Shown piece by piece: positions 23,426 through 34,655 of a DNA stretch of 64,000 bases. Both the position numbers and the translations under genes were made by a program. The stretch spans positions 4,192,747 through 4,256,746 of the forward strand of contig SMSO01000037.1 of NCBI GenBank assembly GCA_004764695.1. The letters run 5' to 3'. The DNA comes from Schizochytrium sp. TIO01 (lineage: Eukaryota; Protista; Bigyra: Labyrinthulomycetes). Within the stretch, counting starts at the first letter, position 1, and each line of letters opens with the position of its first letter. Under the pieces are notes generated by a model. It was not told the origin of the DNA. It made no database searches and saw only the letters and a program-made list of their open reading frames with translations.

Positions 23426-25945
23426 TCAATTTTGAAGCCAAGCAGGGAACTCAGACACAGTAAGTGTGTTACTGGGTTTCATTTTAGAACCAGTAACTTG
23501 GATAGGAATATTAGCAGAGAGAAACAATCTGCGAAGCCTATCATTCCATGACTGGTAGTACGATTTTAGTTTCAACCGAGTGTCTGGTAACATCTCACTG
23601 TGGTGGGATGGATGGAAGGCTTTACTGCGGTTGTTAACCACCCAATAACCATTATCGGCTAGAATCGGATGGTATTCGTGTGGTTTGAACGGAGAAGCAA
23701 CCACACCTGAAGATAATTGAAGCCCGATAGGTTTAGCTACAAAGTCTTCAACAATTCGCAAAGCATCGCTGGGCATTTCCCGGAACCGTTCAGCAAAAAT
23801 GACAAGCATTTGCTCATCTGGAAATGATTCACGCCACTTTGAGAGATGCTCAGAATAATGTCCAACCCGAAGCGCACGATAAAGATATCCAGCATGGCGA
23901 TTCATTGCCCGCGGGAGAGCTTTTTGTAACTTGGCTTCTGAACACTTGGAGTCTCCTGCTGCAAGATAACGAATGCACATGTGGAAATAACTCGAGTGAA
24001 ATCGTTCCACAGGATCTCGCAAGATGAAGACAATCTTGACTGACGGGGTTAGGCGCATTACATCCATGGGATTTGCAAGGTCAAAATAAGCTGGGGACTT
24101 ATCGAAAATAATACGTCTTTTGAGAGCTTGCTTGTAATTCAGGTGCCCAAGAGTAGCATACAAGTACCATGCTCTAGACTCCTTTGAAACTTCTCTCCAG
24201 GCAAAAGCGTTCGCGGCAGAGCTCTCGTCGCGCTCTTCTACAACAGCATTTCCAGCCTCTTGCATGCGTTTATCTCGGTAGTGAAGGCATGGCGGGCGAT
24301 CAGAACCTTGTCCGCGATTGGTGCAATCAAAAAAATGTGTTTCCAGGCCACCATCCTGTCTCCGAAAATTTGGGTTCTCATCTAGCCATGCCCCCATCTC
24401 GGCCGTTCCAGCCTTTTGCACACCAGCAATAAGAAGGCGCGGAAGGCAAGCTAAAACTGCAACGTTACTACGACCCTTTCGAAAAGATTTGGAACCATCT
24501 GGATCGCCTGACCTTGCCTTTGGCCAGCACGTTCCTGCGTCTGGCCATCGTTCTATAGTCGGGCAACTTGGAACTCCATTTGCGAGATCATCCTGAGAAA
24601 GGACTACGGAGCCTAGGAGACTTTGCGCATTGCTGATTAGTTCAACAACATCTTCCACGAGGCGACGATGAACTAAAACACTACGTCGCCATACAGCTAC
24701 ATGAGATGAACTTGCTCCATCTATCTGGACTCGAGGTACTCCATTGGATGGTGCAAAAAGTGTGTCCATTTTAAAGTCCACATGGCCGACGAGAGAGTCA
24801 CGGCCTGGTGGTGCGAGGCCGTCTTCATTTTCCTGGTGATCATGGCTCACTTCTGCTTGAAGAACTTGCACGTGTCGTTGTCGAGCCAATGCAGGGAAAA
24901 GAGCAGCCCAAAATGCAGCACGCTCAAGTACGCGAGACTCAAGAATCGAACACGGAATTGTATCATGACCTTCTGCCCACTCGACAGAGTCATTAATGTA
25001 ATTCGTAAACTTACAAGCAGGACGAGCCCAGGCAGTTGACGATTGTCGACGGTCTAGGCACAACGTGTCGATTCGGTGTTCGTCAATAAGATGAGGAAAC
25101 AGGTTTTCGAAATTATTGGTGAGAGGAGCTCGGAATGCGGAATTGATTCCTGAATCTGCAATAACCAGAATTTGGTACGAACCTAACCCAAAAAGGTTTT
25201 CCAACGAACTCTGTAAAAATGGGACTAGTAGGAGTAAGTGCACACTATCCAGAACAAACATGGGTGTTTGAGATACTGCGAGCTTCACTTCGTTCTGTAT
25301 CGTCTGTGCGATGGTGTCTGTCAGGTCGTAAGTTTTCTTTCGAAGGCTCTCATTAATTGATGGGTGCATCACCTCATAGTCTGGCCTTCGTACAACTTTC
25401 ATCAAGTCACGCACCAGAGATTCTGAGTGCGCTGCCCTAGCAGCAGATTGAATATCAATGTACTTTAGCACAGAACTGGATAGGTTTGTATTTTTGGACG
25501 CAACAAACTCCAGAAGTGTCGGTGTATCCTGAGCAAGCACAACCTTGAAGAAGACAGCTTCCGTAATACTTGACTCCGAAGGCTTGCTCGGCTCGGCAGG
25601 TGAAGTCGCAGAGTTGGTATGCTTAATCTCATCGTTCCGAAGAGCTGCGATGTCCTGAGAAAACGGGCGAGCGATACTGTCTTTGTGTTCTCTGGCTGCA
25701 GATTCTAAGACTTGTGAAGATGGCCCAAAATTGATAAAGGTCATGGCCAGCATCCAGAATGTTCCAAATATGACAACCTTTACCATTCGACTATAACAAA
25801 GCGATGTAGATGGATTCTCATAGTCCTTCGAGCGGCTCGCGGCCTTTGCGTCTCGCAATACCTTTTTTTTTCGAGTTAGCAATTCATCGTTCGGGTCAGC
25901 GTCCTCATCGCTGTCATCATATGCGGGGATTCGTGCAGACCGCAT
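23426..25945 (-). CDS. Type II membrane PAPS-dependent sulfotransferase (C-terminal heparan sulfate 3-O/N-sulfotransferase-like domain)
   Basis: LPRLLIAGVQKAGT (5'-PSB), DKSPAYF and LRDPVERFHSSY (3'-PB); one hydrophobic segment at about aa 55-73. Confidence 0.85.
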   Translation of the reverse strand: MRSARIPAYDDSDEDADPNDELLTRKKKVLRDAKAASRSKDYENPSTSLCYSRMVKVVIFGTFWMLAMTFINFGPSSQVLESAAREHKDSIARPFSQDIAALRNDEIKHTNSATSPAEPSKPSESSITEAVFFKVVLAQDTPTLLEFVASKNTNLSSSVLKYIDIQSAARAAHSESLVRDLMKVVRRPDYEVMHPSINESLRKKTYDLTDTIAQTIQNEVKLAVSQTPMFVLDSVHLLLLVPFLQSSLENLFGLGSYQILVIADSGINSAFRAPLTNNFENLFPHLIDEHRIDTLCLDRRQSSTAWARPACKFTNYINDSVEWAEGHDTIPCSILESRVLERAAFWAALFPALARQRHVQVLQAEVSHDHQENEDGLAPPGRDSLVGHVDFKMDTLFAPSNGVPRVQIDGASSSHVAVWRRSVLVHRRLVEDVVELISNAQSLLGSVVLSQDDLANGVPSCPTIERWPDAGTCWPKARSGDPDGSKSFRKGRSNVAVLACLPRLLIAGVQKAGTAEMGAWLDENPNFRRQDGGLETHFFDCTNRGQGSDRPPCLHYRDKRMQEAGNAVVEERDESSAANAFAWREVSKESRAWYLYATLGHLNYKQALKRRIIFDKSPAYFDLANPMDVMRLTPSVKIVFILRDPVERFHSSYFHMCIRYLAAGDSKCSEAKLQKALPRAMNRHAGYLYRALRVGHYSEHLSKWRESFPDEQMLVIFAERFREMPSDALRIVEDFVAKPIGLQLSSGVVASPFKPHEYHPILADNGYWVVNNRSKAFHPSHHSEMLPDTRLKLKSYYQSWNDRLRRLFLSANIPIQVTGSKMKPSNTLTVSEFPAWLQN

Positions 25946-26909
25946 TCTAGGAACCTATGTAAGTACTGCGCAAATTAATGCGTACAGAGTAGTGAAAGGG
26001 TAGTTATCCAGCTAGCTAGTACCAAGCAACCAACTCAAGGTGTAGTAAGGAGTGAATGGTCTGGTGTAGTACTCGTAAATAAAAGAATGATTTAGCACGT
26101 ACTCAGGACTAGTTTGATATTTAACAGACAAGCTCACCAACTTAATCTCTGAGTTTACTGGATCTCGTTTTCTTCTAAAGATATACTTTATCGAACCCGC
26201 GTAAAGAAGCAAGTCTTTTTGAAATTCCTCTTCTTCGTAAGACCCTCCTACAATACAATAAGCGAATAATTTTACAAAAAGGTTGTCAAGTCAGGATATC
26301 AAATTACTATCACAATGCCAGAACTCTAGAATATTGTAAGAGACCCTTTTGGATAGGCATGCAAAGAAGGGTATGTTTGTGTAGACCTGGGTTTTGTTTG
26401 GCGAACAACACGTGAACAATAAGTCTAAACCAAGATGCCACGCGCCTCCCTCATGCACGGGACCAGCCGAGCAAGCAGTCAACGGATCACGCCTTGCCTC
26501 CTAGCTGCCTGCCAAGCACCAAGCTCACGTCCACGATGCCAGCAGAGCCAGCTCGAGGGTTCGCGAGTGGGCTGGCAGCAGCCTCGGCAGGATTATCCCC
26601 TCGTTGATCCTGGAGATTGGTGTCTGATTGGTTGATTCCCTTTCGTCACCTCAGTACAATCGAAACTCTTTTTTTCATTGCTTCTTTCTTTTCACTCTTT
26701 ATTAGACCCACCTAGCTACGTACTATCCAGCTAGCTTTACTCCAGAGGAGCCCACCTACGAGTACTTGGCCTCCATGTACTGCTCTCCTAATGCTTCGCT
26801 AGCGACTTCGTCTTCCTCCAATTGCCGAGCCTGCTTCTTTTAGGGGTGCTTCTCACGGCTTAGCTACTGAGTTGATAGAATCAAGATAGACCTCCACTCG
26901 AAGGAGTCG

Positions 26910-27043
26910 ACAAACAAACAAACACTACACTACACTACACTACACAAACAAACAAACAAACAAACAAACAAACAAACAAACAAACAAACAAACAAACAAA
27001 CAAACAAACAAACAAACAAACAAACAAACAAACAAACAAACAA
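26910..27043. repeat. (CAAA)n microsatellite interrupted by a short (CACTA)n block
   Basis: Direct reading. Confidence 0.95.
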
Positions 27044-27135
27044 CGCTATCGCATGATCGGCGATGAACGACAGAGCGGCGAAGGACGAAAGTAGTCAGAC
27101 TGGAGTCATTCAAGGCAACGCATTGAGAAACTACT

Positions 27136-27210
27136 AAGCAATGAACGAATCAAGCAATGAACGAATCAAGCAATGAATGAACGAATGAATGAGGGAATGA
27201 GGGAATGAAT
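27136..27210. repeat. 16-bp tandem repeat AAGCAATGAACGAATC (2.6 copies) grading into (GAAT)n
   Basis: Direct reading. Confidence 0.8.
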
Positions 27211-29278
27211 GGAAGGAGTCGAGGTCGCAGAATCGCAGGCTGCAAGAAGACGGAAGTGCAGGAAACTCGGTCACGGCACGAGGCACTTGAGTAGAGCGAG
27301 GCGTTGTTGCCGATTATCGTCACCAAATTAAAGGGATTCAGACTATGAAGCGAACTCGCATGTGAGGTCTTTTTCATTTACTGATACTATATCAATATAC
27401 ACATATGTATATGTTTAATGTAGGACCCTACATTTTCATTGAAAGAAGTTCTAATATGGATCATTGTGCTCCGATCTGCGAGGTGAATCGATCAAGTGAT
27501 CGAGGTCATGCATGCTCAAGCTTGAGTTCAAGTATTCAACTTTGCTGGCTTGATTGATGAATGTGTTATTGTAAGTTGTGTTGGTTCATCGTTGTTTGTT
27601 CAGTCTTTATTTCGATTTGCTCCTTTTTATTTTATTTTTAATTTAATTTTAAAACAAAAAGGTTTTCTGTTTTCCTGTTTATTGAAGTTCATTTATTTTT
27701 ATTAAAAACTTTTAAAACCCAGAATTTTGAATAGGAGTGTTAAGCTCGATCAATAATGATAATAATAATGACAGCGCATAACCTCATTATCACTCCTCTA
27801 GCCCGAACCAAGTTATCTTCTCTGCTCAGGCTTCGTAAGCTGCCTGCCCGATCCCTTGACGTGGGTCTTATGAGCTCTACGTGATGAAGGGATAACAAAG
27901 CGAAACTCAAGGCTAAAAACAACTATCATTGACCTTACTTACTCCCTGGTCCAAATTGGTTACCAGCTTTTACAATTTATTTAATTATTTTCGAAATTTG
28001 AAAGAGCTGATAATAGTTAAAGTTCAAGTTGAAAAACATCATGACTAATTAAGATAAGTAAAGAAATAAAGGAATAAAAATCGTTCTACCTAGCTTTATA
28101 GTATAGCACATAAGGAATAATACAATAAAAGAGACTAAGAACTCCTATCTAAAGGGTATGTGTGTGCTCACATCACGTTGAAAGCTTCTTCATAGAAGGT
28201 TGCTTCTCCTGCTCTCCAAATTGTTGATTAGAAATCCATTGCGCAATTGAAAATCAAAGAAGCAAACACACGCAAGCGAGCAAGCGAGTGAACAGCATTG
28301 AAGTAAGTAAACACGCCATGCCCACACAGGTCTGAAGCTTGGCTCATTTCAAAGCAAAGCCTTGAAGAGCCAATTGAAAAAATGAACACTCTGCAGCGAA
28401 AGGCCAGATCTCATAATTCTTTGTAAGTAAATATTAGAGATGAGACGCCGAGTGTGATTAAGATCTCTTAAAGTTTTGGATAAGAGATTTACTACCAAGC
28501 TAAACGATTGAACTCATTCGTTACTCTGAGAGCGCTCAAATGGCTGAAGAAGCCAAATAGCAATTTGGATGGCAGGTCTTCAGAGAGGTAGGCATAGGAG
28601 ATATCTATCTACATATGGTAGGAAGGTAGAGACGCACACACAATCCATGGGCGTGCGAGCAAACAGGCACATGTAAAGCTAGCTAGGCGGGTGGATATGC
28701 CTTGCCTCACATTGGCCTCACGCTGGAGTTGGCGCCTCACTTTCCGAGGTGCTCTCCCAGAAGGAGCTACGCAGGGATTGCGACTTGACGATAGCAAGCG
28801 TTGGAGATTTTGATGCTGTTGGAGAGGAATCTTCCTTCGTAAAGGCTGACTTCGCTGTCACGAACACGACCATATGGCACAACGCCAACTTGAAGAAGAG
28901 ACACATCTGTGCTTCTGCTTTTGAGGTGACATCAATTTGACAATTCGTTGCGCAAGTTCTTTATGTCGCAAGGATGGATGCTAAAGTCACCTATACACTG
29001 ACCGTACATCAAACACGAAGTTGCATACCCACTTCTCGACTCGCGTCGCTCGTTTACTGGGTCGACGATGCTGCTAGGTGTTGATTAAAGTGCGATTAGC
29101 TGCACCTTAGTAGCAATGCGTGGTCAGAAACAGGCGGCTGTCAATGAGTTAGAAAAGAAGGGAATTATGTTATCTTCTTCTCCAAGGCGGAACTGAGTGA
29201 AAAATGCAAAAAGGAAGAGGCTAAATTTTGTGCTTGAAACGAAAAAAAATGAAGCCACAACTGGACTTCGAACTCATG

Positions 29279-29382
29279 TAGCGGGTGGCGGTTTCGATCC
29301 GCCGACTTTGGGGTGTTCCCTCCTGACCCTCGGAAGGGTCGGAGAATATGGGCCCCACACTCTACCTCTGAGCTAACCCGCT
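29279..29382 (-). tRNA. Initiator tRNA-Met (CAT) with a 32-nt intron (29315-29346)
   Basis: Minus strand reads AGCGGGT TA GCTC AGAGGTA GAGT G TGGGG CCCATA[intron]A CCCCA AAGTC GGCGG ATCGAAA CCGCC ACCCGCT A, a 72-nt mature cloverleaf. A1:U72, A54/A60 and the G-C run in the anticodon stem mark an initiator. Oligo-T terminator about 30 nt downstream (A-run at 29242-29249 on +). Confidence 0.95.
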
Positions 29383-29874
29383 GGTTGAACCACCACGATG
29401 GGGTCACCGTAGACCTTATGATACAACATTTCTAGCAGTTGAATCGAAGTAGAAAAATGTTTAGTGAAATATAAAGAACAGACTATTATTACAACGATTG
29501 AAAGACTAGAGGTTGACAAACATGACAAATATGAGATGCAGCAAGCAACATGAAATAACCTTGGAGTCTTCCAAACACAAAAGAGAAAACTTGGTCATGT
29601 GGTTGGATATGACAGAATCTAGAGTCATGCTTTCAATTAGATTTGGATCAAGGAAGAATCGTTTCTGGCCCTTGCAAACAAAACATAATTTCATCTCCTT
29701 TTTTTAAATCCCTATCAATGGATTTAGGCCCATGGTTGCAATATAAACCGAGGAAGAATAAATAAAAATTAATTCATGGCGGTGCTCATGCAAAGGTACA
29801 ACTTGATCAAGGAAAGGTGTATAGCGTACTCGCTGTTTGGGAAAGTAATTAATTTATAAAATCGAACACGAATT

Positions 29875-30951
29875 TCAAGCATGGTAAACAGCCAGAGGGC
29901 TCGTCTTGTCGTTCGGAGTTTGCATGAAGTGCTCAGGCTCGCCATCAACAAATCCATAGCGAAAGAGGTAATCACGACCAGAGCCAGGACCATAATTGAT
30001 TAGAATTTCCTCGCCAGCAGTGACGGGTCGCGTGAGGCGAAGAGCAACACCAGATGGACTGCTGAGGTCCCCTGAGCAATCCGTTAACCATGAGGAAGGC
30101 CGCTCCTGGCCACCGGCGAGCACAATCTCAGCGTTAGGTTGGTCAGAGTGGTTCACGAAATCCAAACCTGGGAGAATAGCAAAATCCCCGAGTGCGGCTG
30201 CCAAGGCTTGGTCCAAAGGGTTTTCTTTCTTCACTTGTCGAAAGTCAATGCCGCGGCTCAGGATTAATGAGAGCTCCTCGCGAAACAGCTCTTCGAAAGG
30301 CCAGTTCTGCTTTTGCGGGTCACCTCGCCCCCAGAGATAAGTTCCACCTTCCGCTTCAATAATTTGCAGAGCGTCAATTAAATCACGCTCAAGGGCTTCG
30401 CTGAAAGTGCCTACAAATTTATCATATTGTTGTGTTGCTGTGAGCAGAGACTTTTTGTCCTCGACAGAGAGTTTGGTCTGTACTGAAGGTGGCAAGAGCT
30501 TCTCCACATTCGCAGCAGTTTGGAAAGCACCGTTTCCAGGGCAGCAGTTCGGAAGATCTGCTGTCCAGGATGCCCAAGACTCGGAGGTGAAGCCCAAACC
30601 CTCTGCACGACGCTCCATCCAAAGGAAGAGTGCAAGCTCGATGGAGTTGAAGAGCGCAGGCTTGGCCGTGCGCAGTGACTCGTATCCCTGAAGAGCATCT
30701 GACGCAAAGCCAATGAGAGGAAATGTTGATGAAGCCAACACATTGGGTGCACTAAACACATAATCTGCTTTCAAGAAACCTACACAAGATTGGTCGTCTA
30801 GGTCCTGACTCGCAAACACGCCCAGTTCGGGCTTGCCTGCGCTGGGAAACATCTGGCCACTGATGAGGCGACCAGCATTCTCCGCTCCACGCTTACTTTC
30901 GCGCACTTCTACAGCGCTCGAGAGCACTCGCTTCCACCATACTAAGGACAT
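29875..30951 (-). CDS. SET-domain lysine methyltransferase, Rubisco-LSMT/SETD6-like
   Basis: ELGVFAS, ILSRG, LPGLDFVNHS and GEEILINYG...LFRYGFV motifs; first ATG at 30951. Confidence 0.85.
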   Translation of the reverse strand: MSLVWWKRVLSSAVEVRESKRGAENAGRLISGQMFPSAGKPELGVFASQDLDDQSCVGFLKADYVFSAPNVLASSTFPLIGFASDALQGYESLRTAKPALFNSIELALFLWMERRAEGLGFTSESWASWTADLPNCCPGNGAFQTAANVEKLLPPSVQTKLSVEDKKSLLTATQQYDKFVGTFSEALERDLIDALQIIEAEGGTYLWGRGDPQKQNWPFEELFREELSLILSRGIDFRQVKKENPLDQALAAALGDFAILPGLDFVNHSDQPNAEIVLAGGQERPSSWLTDCSGDLSSPSGVALRLTRPVTAGEEILINYGPGSGRDYLFRYGFVDGEPEHFMQTPNDKTSPLAVYHA

Positions 30952-31676
30952 GCTCTTGACAACTTCAATTGACCTTGCCTTTTTTAATCTGACCAAGTAT
31001 TTCTGCCTCAGCTCGAGGCTTGTCTTGCCTATCTGTCATGAGTAAACAGGTTGCAGCTTGAAGGAAACACTTGCTTTTTTACGCTATTCTAGTATAAAGT
31101 GACTATGTAATAGGTAGGTAGTAGTATTGCATAGTCTAAGAGTCTTCGAAGGCACATTCAACAACCAATTTGCAAAACTTATGCTAACGTGTGGCTAATA
31201 AGGCCCGATCGCTGATTAAAAACTTAATCCGCACTCAACGTTTTCATAAGTACAGGGCTGGCATCGCAGATTTGATCAGCCAAATGACGTCTGATGCTTT
31301 AAAATCTAAGAGGTATCTAGAATCATCTTCATGATAGAAGGATGTTTTCTTCTGTGGATATAGAAGTCGTGGAAGTGTTTAGTTATCAGATAATTACTAT
31401 ATTCTCATTTAGAGGGTCAACATTACAAGAAGGCAACAGCAGTGTAGTGTTTCACTGGCAAACAAGATGATAAGAATGTACCTAACCCGAAATTGAAACT
31501 AAAATCTTCATAAGAGCACGAACTGGCACAACTCTTGCAAGATGAAGATTCGTTTTTATGAACGGGAGTACCTAGTCCTGGTTTTAAAATTTACAGGCTA
31601 AGATGTATCTGTTTAATTCTTAATCTTAATTAATTTGAAATTTAATAATAATAAGTTTAATTAAAAATAAAAAAAA

Positions 31677-31763
31677 CGGGACCGAGGAGGAGTTGAACCT
31701 CTGACGCGCGAACGTCCACCAGGTTTGAAGCCTGGCCTCCCTGCCGAGGAAGATCACGCTCCC
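31677..31763 (-). tRNA. Selenocysteine tRNA (tRNA-Sec, anticodon TCA)
   Basis: Minus strand reads GGGAGCGTG AT CTTCCT CGGC AGGGAG GCCAGG CTTCAAA CCTGGT GGACGTTCGCGCGTC A GAGG TTCAACT CCTC CTCGGTCCC G. It is 87 nt with a 9-position acceptor stem and 4-bp T stem, 6-bp D stem with 4-nt loop, long variable arm, U6.U67 and G73. Followed immediately by oligo-T. Confidence 0.96.
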
Positions 31764-32039
31764 ACGCTGCCCTTACAGAGGCGTGGAAAGTCACACACCG
31801 GACACGGAGCAGCACTGGAAAAGGAGGACCATGCCAGTTTATAAAGCTGGTCTTACAGACTTTTTCAACGTTCGCTCCTCACTCATGTTGTGATCAGAAA
31901 AGTTGCAAGCTCCGGGAGAGTAGATCTGAAAGAATGGCTAGAACCCCCAACTCTGAGACTCTCGCTTTGTTTTGACTGTGTCCAAAGCAAGAAGCGAGGA
32001 CGCAGGATATCACAGAAGGAGGAGAGTTTTCTCAAGACG

Positions 32040-33281
32040 ATGGCGGAAAATGTCTCTAAGAATGGCGTGGAAACTTGTCAGGTGACCATGGCTGCCAAAC
32101 AGCAAGTACTCACAACTGAAGAAAACGACGAAAACCTTGGGGCTGACGCGGGAAACGATGCGGAGCCTCCGAAGTCGCTTGATTCTCAAGTTTGTAAAGA
32201 GGGGAATAATTGTAAAAACGAAGATCAAATGGAGACTAGGTTACTAGATAATTTGGAAAGAGTACTTGTTGAGGAGTTTGGTCTTGCGGCTTTTGGCAAA
32301 GTAATTGTGCAAAAGTGGTTGAAAAAGATAGCTGAAGATTCTCGAGGCCTCGAGCATGTTCGTGACTGGTTCTTGCTGTTATTGAATGACCGCCGCCCCA
32401 AGAAAGAAAGTATCTCTGAGTGGCAATGGGGATGTCCGGACATTGTACCAGGTCTTCATGCTAGACCTTTCTGGGAAGCAGAGCGCAATGTTTTAGGATT
32501 TTTAAATGAGCTTGAAGCACATGTCGATGTTATTACAAACGAGCTTGAGGAGATGCAAGGAAAACCTGTTTTTCAGCCTTATCGTGCGCCAACTTGGGCC
32601 AACCCCAGTCGGCAAGCCAAAGATGGCATTGGCAGTCTTGGCCATTCCTCTGGTGATTGGAATGTTTGCTACCTTTTCCTTCATAATGTTGATTTTAAGG
32701 ATAACCTTGCCCTGTTCCCTAAAACCGCAGAGTTGATTAAGAGTATACCAGGTTGGTATCAGCATGCTTTCTTTTCTGTTTTGGCACCTGGGACGCATAT
32801 TGAAAAACACCATGGGCCTACGAATAAGAAGCTTCGTATTCATCTACCCTTAGTTGTTCCCGAAGGCGGCATGAGTGGTATTCGAGTAGGTCCAGAAAAG
32901 CGCATATTCCAGCGAGGCAAATGTATTGTGTTCGATGACTCATTTGAGCACGAGGCATGGAATTCCCATCCATCGAGAGGTCGCATTTGTTTGATCTTGG
33001 ACATTTGGCATCCTGCGTTGAGTTTGCAGGAAGTGAATCTGCTCCGATTCTTAGAAAAGGCAAAGATGCATCGCGCGAAGCGCTTGTGTGAAGTTCAGGA
33101 TAGCAACGAGGTCAGCCCTATATTGCAGAATTCCTTACAAAAGCCAAGCTCTGATGAACACCTCGACCAAATCAATGCCCCACATAACTCAAATGCTCTT
33201 CCTGAAAATGAAAACTTCTACGCGCTCCTAGACCGTACCAAAAGTATGCGGAAGAGACTAGAGCCTAATTCTGCTCCGTAG
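32040..33281 (+). CDS. Aspartyl/asparaginyl beta-hydroxylase-family 2OG-Fe(II) oxygenase
   Basis: PGLHARPFW, FSVLAPGTHIEKHHGPTNKKLRIHLPL, FDDSFEHEAWN and RICLILDIWHP motifs. Confidence 0.9.
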   Translation: MAENVSKNGVETCQVTMAAKQQVLTTEENDENLGADAGNDAEPPKSLDSQVCKEGNNCKNEDQMETRLLDNLERVLVEEFGLAAFGKVIVQKWLKKIAEDSRGLEHVRDWFLLLLNDRRPKKESISEWQWGCPDIVPGLHARPFWEAERNVLGFLNELEAHVDVITNELEEMQGKPVFQPYRAPTWANPSRQAKDGIGSLGHSSGDWNVCYLFLHNVDFKDNLALFPKTAELIKSIPGWYQHAFFSVLAPGTHIEKHHGPTNKKLRIHLPLVVPEGGMSGIRVGPEKRIFQRGKCIVFDDSFEHEAWNSHPSRGRICLILDIWHPALSLQEVNLLRFLEKAKMHRAKRLCEVQDSNEVSPILQNSLQKPSSDEHLDQINAPHNSNALPENENFYALLDRTKSMRKRLEPNSAP

Positions 33282-34655
33282 AGAAAATCTATTAGTAAAT
33301 ATCTTTTATTCAGATCACGTTGGGGCTGTCTCTATTTTTAAAGTAATGTGTCTTTGTGTCTATAATGCTTTCGCCTTTAAGCTCTGCGGTATGAATGACG
33401 CATCAATTCAGATTTCCTGAAAGCTCAGCAAGAATTCCCGTGTCAAGGTCACAAACGATCTCTTTGAGTCTTTCTAACGATTAAAATATCACAAACAAGG
33501 GGGCTGTAGCAGCAGCTAACATTCATCAAGTTCATTACTCCAACAACATGGTAAACTCAATCTGTACATATGGAACGCTCCATTAATACTCTGAAAAAGT
33601 CACGTTTTCAAGCAAGATAATGCACTCATTTGAAACAGCCAGCGGTCACCTACACACATAGTAAGAAAAACTCAGAGTTACCTTTCCAGGTCATCTGGCT
33701 GCAGATTTCATAGCCAATTATCCTGGGGAATGATAGGCTATTTATATCATATCTTTCCTGAGTAGTCCATTTTGTTAGACATGGAATATTACGTAGGTAT
33801 ATATCTGCATTCATGAAGACTCCTATACTTCCATGATATTATGTCAATGTGTGCTCTAGGTGTCTTTTTAAAAATGACTAAGTACCATACGAAAGCTACA
33901 GAAGAGACGCCGCGCTCTTCATGCGAAGTTATTTCTAATCTTCCGAAGTTACGTTTAACCGGCGCGGGAAGGTGTGTACTCTGGTACCCAGCAATATAAC
34001 TTATGATATGCTACTAGTAGTATAGGACTGCTAATCAACTCATCTTCGCAAGTTTGTACTAGTAGCATCAATTTACGCGTTACATTTGAATCAATCATGA
34101 ACGAGAGGACATCAGCGCGGCAAGCAATCGACGTAACGAAAAAATAGCATCTATGAAGAGAAAGAAAAAAAAGTCTAATCTGGTAGGTAACCAAGGCCAA
34201 GCTGCAGAAGTCAGTACCACAGGCAGTGGAGCGCATCTCTTGCTGCACAGGTAATCTCAAACCCCGTGCTCCGGCCGAGGCCGGCAGGCCATATCTGCCT
34301 ATTCTTCTGGAGCTTAGGACAAAGCTCGGCAGGCTAATACGCAGCAGAGAACTCTTGACAACAGATCATTGAATCTTACTTGCGCGTATCATTCCTGCGA
34401 CAGCTGATACCTTTGTTTTGGTTTCTGGATGCATTGTTACACGAGGTTAAACTAGTTTTCTTGTGCGGTGGCTAAATCTATCTTGCGGTGGCCGGCTTAG
34501 CTATCACATAGAACATTCGAACTAAGTGAGAGTTAAAATCAGAGTCCTGCATTTAGTTGGTTACTCTTGCAGGTTTTCATAGACAAACACCGTGACAAAT
34601 CTTATTGGTTCTTTTCTGCGCCCGGTCCCCCACGCGCGCACAAATCTTGGACAAA

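Noticed and set aside
5278-27210. Tandem repeats as CRISPR-like arrays
   Set aside because: No unique spacers between units; eukaryotic simple repeats
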